Part shown: positions 14,412 to 25,360 of the stretch, piece by piece | How the letters are laid out: each line of letters begins with the position of its first letter | How positions within the stretch are numbered: position 1 is the first letter of the stretch | DNA from: Oopsacas minuta | Taxonomy: Eukaryota > Animalia > Porifera | NCBI GenBank assembly: GCA_024704765.1 | Contig: JAKMXF010000331.1 | Location: 1-64,000 of the forward strand | Reading direction: 5' to 3' | DNA: 64,000 nt | Made by a program: the position numbers and the translations under genes | Notes under the pieces: model-generated | Database searches by the model: none | What the model was told of the DNA's origin: nothing | Seen by the model: only the letters and a program-made list of their open reading frames with translations

Positions 14412-14975
14412 ACCTCGATCTACGTCTTAATCGATTACAGCCGAAGAGTTATGTTCGTAACAAAAAGGAACACTAGATTTTACCACTTGGTTTTAACCTA
14501 TTCCGGCACCCAAATTGAGATTTTAGCAACTTTTGACGTCATAACATGACACATTCTCCCGGAAGTACTCGGGTAATAGAGAAAGCGGGGACGAAGTTTC
14601 TGATAAATTTTTTCAAAGATATTTAAAATGAAATCAGCCAAAGGCCAATTATTCCCTATAAACGGGTTAATTGGGACTTTTCTTTGTTGAATTTGGATGG
14701 ATATTTGTCAAAATTGTATTCTCATTGCGTTAGATTATATTTGAAATTTTTTGTTGATATTTGTCACTGAAACTGTGCTCATTGATAGAATGAATTTTCC
14801 AAAACTGGGACAAATCCAAGTTTTCGCAACTAGGATACTGTCTGTATTGAATTTGAATTTAATTCATCAAATTTTGGCACGTAACCAGGATTCTTCCGTC
14901 AAAACTCAAATAATTGCTATTTCTTATAATTCTAAGATGGTAAATGGCTGAATTTCAATTAATGATTTTTCGATT

Positions 14976-16800
14976 GTGTTGAGAGATTGTCACTTAAACG
15001 GATGCCTTTGAAGGTTGTACTAACATTGAATATTTTCCACACAGTAAGAAGGATTCTAACAAACGTAGAGGTATTATTATGATAATCTTCAGAACGTTTT
15101 CACTTTGAATCTCAAGAGGGGATAGTGTTAGATCATTAAGAACCTCCAGAACCAATCTGACATCTTGTCTTTCTATACTAGAAGGAAACAAGCTTTCACT
15201 GTTAACTGAGGAGCCAGTTTCACTAAACTTCAACTTTCAGAACTGTATCTTGAAATGATGCTGAATGGAGAGAAAGGGGGTACTGGCATTTATCAATCTC
15301 AAAATCTTAAAATTTGGTGAAATAGATTGTCTTATCAAAATTCTTCTAATTTAACTATTAATTCGTATCCTTTGTAAAATATGAACAAAATGAATGTGAG
15401 GAAGTGATATCTACTAGGATCAAATGGGTGAGGCACTCTAGTTTCCAATTTACCACTCAGAGAAAATAGTTTGAAAAGATTTATATTCAAAGGATAATTG
15501 TCAGTTGAAATTACCTGTACACGCAAACTACAATTCTCAATATCAATGATACACTCTCTGATGATGGGAAATATCTTTTCAGCTGAAATAGAACCACATG
15601 GTAATAAACGTGAAATACAAGACCATTTCTTATGTAAGCTAGATACCATTACCGCGAACACACTTCTGGTTGGGTACTCTGGGTCAAAATTAGGAGCAAA
15701 GATTTTCTCCTTTATAAGTAATATGAGATTTAACTTGTATTTCATCTATTTGAACTATAACATTTCTCTCCAACAAACTGAAGGAAGAAGTAGCTTGGTT
15801 GAGATAGGTAGAGAAAGACACTCTAAACCCTGGAGATATACATAACATGCTGGAGAAACGAGAAGTATCTTCGCTTGTCCTTTGGAATATATATATTATC
15901 TAATTGACAGAGGATAAATTTGAGCTTGGCTATAACTGAGGAAGAATAGTTTTCACTATCCTCTTTGCTAGCTAAATCAATAACCTTTTCTGTGTTGTTT
16001 GTCACGAGGAATATGAAATGAATGTGATCTAGTATGATGATCATCAGATACAGATTTTGAGGAAATTCGATGTAATAATGATTCAATTTTTCGAATATCA
16101 TTAACTGAATTAAGAGAAGTAGGTATAATTTGTCCATAAAACCAGGCTGATACAGGTAAAAATGAATTTATTTCTAGATATAAATCCACTGAAATAGTTT
16201 TTTCAACAAGACGAGGAAGCATAAACCTTGTGCTAGAGTTGTCGGTATACCATACTAACCAATTGTCTGGTAACACAATATAATTCAACTTAGCTTTCAA
16301 ATCCTGTAAATTTTTAATGATGAATTTATGTTTGGCCTCACTCTCAGATTTTAGACAATAGCTGAATGGTTTGATTCAACATTTCTTTCTCTTTTGGTTC
16401 ATAAGACAAACGAGCACGTTTGCTTGTCGATGTTGATGAATAATAAGAGGGACAACCAGGAAGTAAACAGGGAATTGCCCCTCCTTTCAGCTTAAGTTTA
16501 TAGCGAGGTACACTAGTGAAAGTACCGTCACCATTGGGAACCTTATGAATATACTCAACATCTTCTTCACGGAAATGCTTGATACATACATTAACGACCT
16601 TAAGACGATCAATATTATCACAGTGAAGAGCGCGTATCCAGGCCTGTTTAAGTTCAGGTGGATTCTCTGGCACTCTGAATATATGCACTCTGTCATCTGG
16701 GTAATAATTACTTATGCAACCCGGGGCAGAACAGGCACTGGGAATCAGAGAGATACCTGCAATATACAAGCTAATAGTGAGCCGAAACGTAAATGGATCA
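14976..16800 (-). pseudogene. THAP-domain P-element transposase, N-terminal and central part (decayed)
   Basis: THAP zinc finger CSAPGC...W...CIKHF...AIP in ORF 16344-16922. Core motifs ISTDNYPLN, VPHPFD, PSSIERQDVRLVLEV and VWKIFNVSTTFKGIRLSD in frameshifted pieces down to about 14976. Confidence 0.88.
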
Positions 16801-17229
16801 TAAAATGACAATAGGTATTGTTGTTCATTCCAATAGACCGGGGCAGAATAGAGACTGGGCATTGTATATGCAGAAATATACGTATATAGCTTGTTCACAT
16901 AGGTGTAATATTTCAAATTCACAGATATTTCGACATCAATAATATTACATGGAAAATATTCGCCATTTATAGGTTAATAAAACGTTAAACAGTTGGTAAT
17001 TACCAATTATGTGTAAATAAAACTTAAATTTGAGAAGTTTTAAACAAGCCCGATGCCTTCGAAAATAGCTAAAAACATCATACATACCTTAGAAGAGATT
17101 ATTATACCCTCCAATAATTACTATGAATACTCCCATATGTGTTAATATACGTTCGGTCGCACGAGCATCCCTGGTCCAAAAATCCATAATGGGTTCTGAA
17201 GCTTTATGCATAGTAGGTTATGTAATAAC

Positions 17230-18175
17230 CATAGCCTACTAAAGATAAGAACTGATGACCGTGTCAATTTTACTGGACCAGGGATAAGAGAAAGTGGATA
17301 TATTTTGTTGGGAAAATCTATAATCGCCGATAATAAGAAACCGGTACAGTATCACCCGAATAACAGTATTGTTAATATGTAAGAATTCATCAAAGCCACA
17401 TTAGCTAAAATTTTCAATTCGATGTGACGTCATTTGTTAGCGTAACTGGCAAATATGTATTAAAAACTGCTCCATCCTTGAAGCCATTTAAAACGTTAAG
17501 TATTAATCTATGTTCAAATGTTGAAAAACCAAATGCTCTAAAACTGTCTCTGTACAAAATATATGAATTTTTCAGGATAAAGTTAGCAAATTTCTAACTT
17601 ATCGCGCAGAGTATGGATATCACAATTTTACCAATATTCACTTATAACTCGTTAATCGTGTAACTTATGGTCAAATCAAAATAGCCAATATAGTATACAC
17701 CTGACTTCCCATATCATTATAATACATTTGTTATGATATCTCATACCAATATGACGTAATCACGAATATGCTCATATATAGTCATTTTTGAGATTGCGCA
17801 ATAATCCTGAGAAGTGTGACATTCATGGTCTGTGCGATAACTCAGAAACTTGCGAACTTTATCATGAAAATTTCTTATACTTTGTCCAGAGACAGTTTAG
17901 ATCATTTGGTATTTCAACATTTCAAACATATGGTTTCAAAGATGGAGCAGTTTTTAATGTATATTTGTCAATTACGCTAACAAATGAGGTCACTTCACTC
18001 TGAAAATTTTAAGAAGTGTGGTTTTTTGAATTCTTACTTATTGATAATACATTTATTCAAGTAAAATCTACCAGTTTCTTAATATTGGCGATTGTAGAAT
18101 TTCCCATGAAAATATAACCACTTCCACTTATCCTTGGTCCAAATTAGTGATCAAGACTAACTTTAGTCGGCTATT
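17230..18175. mobile_element. Complete foldback MITE (946 bp), CATAG termini, 8-bp TSD
   Basis: GTAATAAC at 17222-17229 and 18176-18183. Left end CATAGCCTACTAAAG, right end reverse complement AATAGCCGACTAAAG. The two halves pair imperfectly over most of their length. Confidence 0.88.
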
Positions 18176-20463
18176 GTAATAACATATTTATTCGGTCCAA
18201 AGTGTATTCTTTAAAATGGTCGCTACTAATAGACAGCCATCTATTGATAATGACAAATAGTGGGAAAACCGCAAAAACTCACAAAGCATGAACATTGACC
18301 AATGAAATCCCTACTCATGACTTCCTATAAAAACATATTATATTTAATACCGGTAGAGCCACAGTACGTAAAGGATATTGTGATATTTTTCTACATTGAT
18401 TCATGTCCCTGTCTACAGTATACCTCAAACTAGTGATAATTGGACCCAAATATCTGTGCCTCCAGCGTTAACACTATATCCATTGTATACTGTAATTATT
18501 TTCTAGATATCAATCACAACACACTGGCCTAACTTGCTATTAGAGTCAACTAAGGATTGACTGTCCAGGTGGTTTAGATGTCCATGATAAGGCATTCGTT
18601 CTTGAACTTGTCTAATTAAGTTATGATTACTGAAATTGTATTTCCATCTTAACAAATTAAAATTTCTTTCTCAACCACTTTAAATCTTCATCGGAAATTG
18701 CGTTGCAGGTGTGAAATACATAGCCATCAAAGCAAACGAATATTTGATAAATCGTTCGTTAAGATTTGCAATATTCATTTCAGTCCTAGTATCCAGACCC
18801 ATTGCTACTTATTCAAGGCACGAATTTGAACTAGGGATACGTAATATGCGCTTTAGCCGATATACCCAATACTTTATTTCAGAAACGTCCTATTTTCCTG
18901 AAATATTTTATTGTATATTTGTAGATCAACCATCAAGTATATTCTGCAAAATTATCGGGAATGTGTTAGAATATGTGTCTAATAAGCATATATGTGCTAA
19001 AATTTGTAATTCTTTGATACATTACCGGATACTACCTGGAAAATCATAGATTTTCACGAAAATTTTGGAATGTGAATCCCCATAACTCACATTCCTTAAA
19101 TATTACAGGAAAACCAATATGACCAAGTGACTCCATAACTATGACGACAATGATAGATTCTATGTTTCCAACTTTAAAAGTGATTTATTTAGGCTTGTTT
19201 TGGTGCCCGCGTATCAAATTCGGCCGGGTTTCACAATTAACTAATATTCAACTATTCAGCCCCATTTCTAAGAAAATTCAAAAATCCACCATTTTACACT
19301 TTTTTCCACCAATCGAAAATGATTTCCAACATTTCCGACAATTCAGTCAGACACAGGTTGGTGAGTTAAATTGTACCATTGTCGGATGGAAGATTAAAAG
19401 ACCCTTCGATATCTTCAAATCCCCAAACATACCGTTGTTTGCTAATTTTTCTGTAAATTGGAAAGCCTTGAATAACAAATTCACGGTAGCCGAGGTCTAT
19501 ATTGCTGGGTGTACTATTTGCAGCTAGCACCTCCTAGCACTTGATATTATCACTGCCGTTCTCCTTTCGAGCATTGACCGAATTCATAGAATTCTTAAAA
19601 TATGGACTGTATGAGCTCATTCTCGGGTCCTGGACTTGAATCCATTGGTGTTTCGTAATTGATTAATGGTTAATGTTTATCATAAAATTTGTATTATACT
19701 GATCATTCTTTCGGATTAAGTTCATTTTTCTACTACTCACAACATATATTGGTTATCTCTCAAATAATTCTCATGCCTGTCATTGTTAAACTCATAGCCT
19801 TCTTCAACAGGGTCTACCATCAAATGTACCAGGGATTAGGTAATTTATAGTCAGGACTCTTTGTACATATATCGTGCAAATTGTGATAAAAGCATAAAAC
19901 TTCTCAACTGATATTAGGCATCATTGTTAAAACCTAGAGCTTATCTATACCTTCGTCAGCTATTTCAAATATTAGTCCAGTAATGAAATCGTCGTTTTGT
20001 CAATGTATGCTAGCAGATTCAGTTGCTTTCAGATCAACATTTTATGGTCATATTCGTGCCCAGCATAATATTTCCAGCAGTTTGAGATATATTGATCATA
20101 CATTATTCTCTAGCAAATATTGCCCGAATAGGGTCTCGAATATTGTCTCAACCACAACGAGTGACTCCTTGTTCTTCGAGGCTAGGCTAACAGAGCCTAT
20201 TTATCCACATATCGATCCTCGATAGTACAATATACCACGATTTTGCGAAATGGTCCTCCGCGGCCTCCTATCATTATTGCTGTTTTGTACATACCTAATT
20301 CTTACGAATACATGGTCTCACCTTCTGCTTTATGAGGAATCTATAATCGATGCATAATCTATTATTAACCGAATACTGCCGGGAAAATGCGCCATTTTAT
20401 AACGTCAAAAAGTTTCTAAAGTCTTAATTTGGGTGTTGGAATAGATTAAAACGAAGTGGTAAA

Positions 20464-21950
20464 CCTTTGATCTTATACGATGAGTGTTTCATATATTTAG
20501 CTCGTATAGTGTATTGGCTATATGCTTGGCGGTCCTAACCTGGCAAATCTGGGAAATTGAGTAAGCAAACGGATACTAGTTTGAGACACGCTTGTATTGC
20601 TATAGAACAGATAACAAACTATCTAACTGAATCATGTTGATTTTCTTGTGTTTTGTCTGCATTTCTGCAAACAGACCCATTGGAACATCATTTTGGACTC
20701 TATCATATGATGGCTGGTTCGAATTATCATATTTCCTACATTCAAATTCTTGAATCCGAGCGTCGTCTTAAGCTCTCTAAAATCCTAAAATGTTTTCTGA
20801 CCAACAGGACTCTTCTCAATCCATACATACTTTTGTCAAATCTTTTACTTCACTCGTTATTACTTCTAGTGATGACCAAATAGTTCTTGAGCCATAACTT
20901 GATGGAATTGGTCATATATTATCAATTGAATACACTCAACGGATACTCCAGTCGTTAGCTTTCATCAGAGGATAATCGATCTAGAAATTTTTGAGAGGGT
21001 TTCAAGAATGTAGATTGTGCACTGATACCCTAACTTAAGATAAAGAATATATCCCTGACAGTGAATCAATTTCTCAATTCAAGCTCATGCAATTAGCAGA
21101 TCAAGGGGGCTCAAGTGGGGAACATGCACAGTTAGAATCGGTTTTTTAGGGTTCTGAACTTGTCAGAATAAATATTTTAGTTAGGACTTTGTCAGAATGG
21201 TTATTATCGAGTTTGGGCTTTTGGAAGAGTGGTTTTTCTCGAGTTCAAACTTTGTCTGAATAGTTTTACAGAGTTTTGACTTAGTCAAAAGAGTTTTCAT
21301 GGAGTATATTGTGCTCCGATTTGGGAGATGAAATTATGCATTCAGTTTCGACACTATCCAGTTGGTTAATGTTTTGGATTGACGGATATAAATAACACCT
21401 TCCGGTAAATCTTTAAATATAGCTGTATTATACAAACACCTGGTCAGTTATCCAATTTGTGTACTGAAATTTCCTGGTTTTCTCAGCTTAAGCAAAGCTA
21501 GCTAGATCATCCAATCAAAATCCAATTCTCCCAAAGTCAAAACTCGATAAAAACCATTCTGCCAAAGTCAGAACTCAATAAAATCTATTCTGACAAGTGC
21601 AGAACTAAATATTCTGACAAAATCAGAACAGTAATTCTGACATGTGCAGCTCCCCCGCTCAAGTAACCGTCTGAGCCTGTTCTTAGCTTTGTCATTACTA
21701 TCTGGAATATTCTGTTTGCTATTGAGGACAGTGATCATTTGGCGAATCTACTTGTACACGGTCCAGCTAGAAAAATTTTAGTTGAACTCACACTGATATA
21801 CATGGAAGATGATGCAAGTATTGATATCTGGAAACCAAACTGTTATATCTGTAATGTTAGTAAATGGGGTTCCTCACGTAACTAATTTTTACTACTGCTA
21901 ATTGCATTCTTACCAACAAGATTAAGAACTATAATTCACTTGTAACTTCT
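20464..21950 (+). pseudogene. P-element transposase C-terminal part (decayed, interrupted by a MITE)
   Basis: PLILYDECFIYLARIVYWL, GKLSKQT, the catalytic-Glu motif LQTDPLEHHFGLY, then CRLC...DQGGLK*PS (one lost G) and further P-like C-terminal sequence. Confidence 0.85.
21117..21656. mobile_element. 540-bp MITE with GGGG termini, 8-bp TSD and arms built of about 31-bp tandem units (Merlin- or MULE/FB-like)
   Basis: GCTCAAGT at 21109-21116 and 21657-21664. Ends GGGGAACATGCACAGTTAGAAT and reverse complement GGGGGAGCTGCACATGTCAGAAT. Units such as ATTCTGCCAAAGTCAGAACTCAATAAAATCT. Confidence 0.8.
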
Positions 21951-22027
21951 AGAGGTGTAGAAAAACGTAACGGAAAAAGTTCTCATGATTTTGTTAAATG
22001 TATGTGTCATTATTGTAATTGTATGTA

Positions 22028-24506
22028 CAGTGGAAGCCGGTTAATCGGGACACCTCGGGAGTCAATGTTTTGTCCCGATTATCCGATTGTCCCGATTAAC
22101 CGATTATGATTTATTAAAGTTTCAAAACTAGTTTTCATGGTCCCAGACCATTATCAGAACATTTTAATTCACTACTACTACTCTATTCTGATTTATTTAG
22201 GGTATATTAGGGATAAGTTGTTGTAGTAAGGGTATAGTCCCGTTTCAAGAGGCCATAAAAACTGCATTACTCAAGAATAGCTAAAAATTTTTGAAAGTAA
22301 AAGCTATATATTAACGAAAAAAGAGTCCATTGTAGCCTGTATTTTACTGTTAATGACTTCGTCATGAACTTGGGTATCTATCTGCTGGAGCATAGGTAGT
22401 AAATTAGTCATACCATTCAACTGAATGAAAATTCTCAAATAATCGACCATTTGTAACTTTTGTTCTAGAGAGAGCCTAAGGTTATCACCATCTCCATCAT
22501 CATCACCATCACTCTTAGAATCCTCTACTCTGATCTTCTTTCTTGTAATGTCCAACAATTCTACATCAGATAAATCCCCACTAACAGGTATTTCACTATC
22601 TGTGTAATAAAGATTTCAAACTCTTCTAATGACATGTTGGATGGTAGAGAAACGTCATCTAACATATGATCATCGTCAAGATTCAATTCATATCCTTCTG
22701 ATTGAATGAAATCACATTTAACGAACCCACGTTTTTGATAACATTTTGCTATTGTATTACCTTCTGCAGCATCCCACGACATCCTACATAAGTAAAGTGC
22801 GTCTAAAAGAGTAATTGATTTAGCTATATCAAGGGCACGAAAACTTAGATTGCCATCTATTGCATTGATAATTCTTGAATTCAAGCACTTTTATAATGGG
22901 CCTTCCAGTTTTTTATCACACCCATATCCATTGGCTGCATTATGCTTGTAGTGTTAGCAGGCAGGAATTTTAGACATATATTGGTCAATGAAACACTCTT
23001 TGGGTGAGCAGAACAGTTGTCTGCTAAAAGACATATATTCCTCTTGTTCATTCTAAGAGAGCTATCCACCTTCTTATCCACTTCTCGAAGATGAATCCCC
23101 GTCATCCAGGCGTTTTTTGTTGCTTCGTATCGAATAGGGAGCTTTGATAAAACTTTAGGGAATGAACGCGGTTGTTTACTCTTTCCAATAGCAAGGAGGG
23201 GGTCCTTCTCCGTACCACTCATATTAGCACAAAGCATTACTGTAATCCTGTCTTTAGCCTTCTTTCCTCCAGGTAAATCGGTACCTTTGATGCTATATCC
23301 CTTATCAGGAAAACATCTGAAATACAACCCCGTCTCGTCTCCATTAAATATGTTTTCTGGAGTAAAATCATCCATGATTGTAGGAAGAATAGTGCTCTTC
23401 CAATCTTCAGCCCTTTCAATACTAGCATCTTATTTTTCTCCTTGTTCTTGCTTATAGATTATATCATGACGAAGTTTCCACCGTCCCAGCCACCCATCAG
23501 AAGGAATAAAATCAGAACCATTGGCGAGAGCAATTTCAGTTGCTTTTTGTCTCAAAATTACTCCTGAAATGCGCGCACCTTGTGTTAATTTTTGTTTAAG
23601 CCACAAAAATAGAGCATTGCCAACATCTTCTTTAGATTTTCTTTGATGTTTGCGCATTCCATTACCACTATCTTCAAATTGTTCCAATATTTCGTCTTTC
23701 AATGATACTAATCTTGATACTTGTGAAGTAGAGATACCGTACTTGACTGCTACGCTTTTCGAGTAACACGACCTCCAACTTCGAACTCCTTTAGTAATTT
23801 AGCTTTCTCCTTAGTGCCAGATCATTCCGTGATTTAGAAGTTGTCATGGAGAGTTGTGCTACGGTTACGATATTAGGTAGAAAAGTTAATAATTAAAGTT
23901 TAAACAATTACTGGAACCTCAATTACCCGTACTCCATAGGACCATTCAAAACGTTTGGATAACCAAGAGTCTGGCTTATTGAGGTAATTTATGCATGGTG
24001 GAATAGGGAATGCGACCTGAGGCGGGTGAGCAAAGTTATCGTCCTAGTTCTGTAAATTGTATCGAATTGGTGTTGCTGATTGTAGAATATTAAAATTCCT
24101 AGTTTTTAAACCAAACCACATTACAATGATTATAAATAAATATACAATTTGGATAATTGGGATTTCCATCCCAATTAACCGACTATGAACTTTCATATAA
24201 TCGGTTAATCGGGATAAGAAATCCCAATTGAACCGATTAGGAACTTCGTATAATCGGTTAATCGGGATAAGAAATCCCGATTAACCGATTAGGAACTTCA
24301 TAGAATCGGTTAATCGGGATAAGAAATCCCAATTGAACCGATTAGGAACTTTCAAATTTTCAGTTAATCGGATAAAAGATCCCGATTAACCGATTCGATG
24401 TCCCAAATATCCGACGAGTTTCTATGTAAAAAATCTGTTCCTAAACTTTTGTCCCGTTTAAGCGGATATCCCGATTATCCGAGTCCCGATTAAGCGGCTT
24501 CCACTG
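22028..24506 (-). mobile_element. Full-length pogo/Tigger transposon (2479 bp, TA TSD) with frameshifted DD30D transposase
   Basis: 24-bp TIR CAGTGGAAGCCG(G/C)TTAATCGGGAC, TA on both sides. Minus-strand pieces from ATG 23847 to 22304: CENP-B HTH (DGWLGRWKLRHDI), FNGDETGLY, LADNCSAH, QPMDMG, with 30 residues between the last two Asp. Confidence 0.95.
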
Positions 24507-24975
24507 TATTTACATTTCCTATGTATGTTGATTGGGATATTGTCCAATATCCATTAGTTTCAAATGAACTTCAATAGAATTTCAAATTCTTAGTTAAAAA
24601 CCAGAGATGGATTATAAATAATATTTGAGATGATATTTTCATTAGATATTTAAGACAAAACAGAATTCTCCAATATCAGCTAATAACGCATCCCTGGTAC
24701 TTTTAGTGTTAGGCCTTATATTTAGTAGGCTATGCACTGGACATGGGAGGACCTGCCATAATGGCCAAGCCGACCTAGCAATAGAATTTATGGTTTTCGA
24801 GAGGTCAATTATGCAAAAGTGGCGAAACTTGGTATATGGCCAATATGAGTTGAACTGTTGAATATATATATAGCCAGTTCAGTTAGTTTAAAAGTCCATG
24901 GATTTGTACAAATCTCTCAATTATCAGCCAATGAAAAGAATTAATATCTGGATGATAAACTTCTAGCGCACTTAC

Positions 24976-25360
24976 TTGAATAATAGAGAGGGTTTGCATA
25001 TTATCAATGTCCCAAATATGAATCGGAGGCTTTGCACCTATCTGGCCAGTCGCAACAATCAATCGTCCAGGATGAATATCCAAGCATAATATATCATCTG
25101 TGTGCTTTGTATAAAAACGCTGTTTCTTCTCATTTTTATCATAAACAATCCCTAAAGCTGCTATATGATAAATAACCTCCCCTTTAGAAGAATAGAAAAG
25201 GTTATCTCGACAATCATAACCCCTGTATCCATGAACATAGTCAAGCTGGAGCGATTCCAAAGGGAATTCACTTTTACCAATGGCTAGTTCATCTCTAGCA
25301 GCTCCCTGAGAGTGTTTGGAACTTTTCTTTGATATATCCCTTTGATAAACTCTAACTTTC
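24976..25360 (-). CDS. EML5/6: EML5/6-like coding exon (HELP motif and start of second TAPE domain)
   Basis: Acceptor gtaatatAG at 25362-25361, donor GTaagt at 24975. Peptide KVRVYQR...ESLQLDYVHGYRGYDCRDNLFY...HTDDILCLDIHP...ATGQIG...IIQ. Phase 2 matches the upstream exon. Confidence 0.95.

Noticed and set aside
15498-16808. Plus-strand ORFs 15498-15845 and 16545-16808 (and similar ORFs at 45226, 45547, 54101, 58366, 58693)
   Set aside because: Antisense shadows of transposase sequence with no recognisable motifs.
19620-20330. Possible decayed coding sequence on the minus strand (MYDQYISNCWKYYAGHEYDH)
   Set aside because: Looks protein-like, but I cannot assign a family or find element ends.
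18247-22013. ATAATGACA (18247-18255) and TGTCATTAT (22005-22013) as the TSD of the inverted P element
   Set aside because: The positions fit the inversion model, but no matching 3-prime TIR precedes 22005 and a 9-bp AT-rich match can arise by chance; not counted as evidence.
24199-24400. CRISPR-like array of palindromic repeats
   Set aside because: No unique spacers, units derive from the pogo TIR, eukaryotic context and no cas genes.
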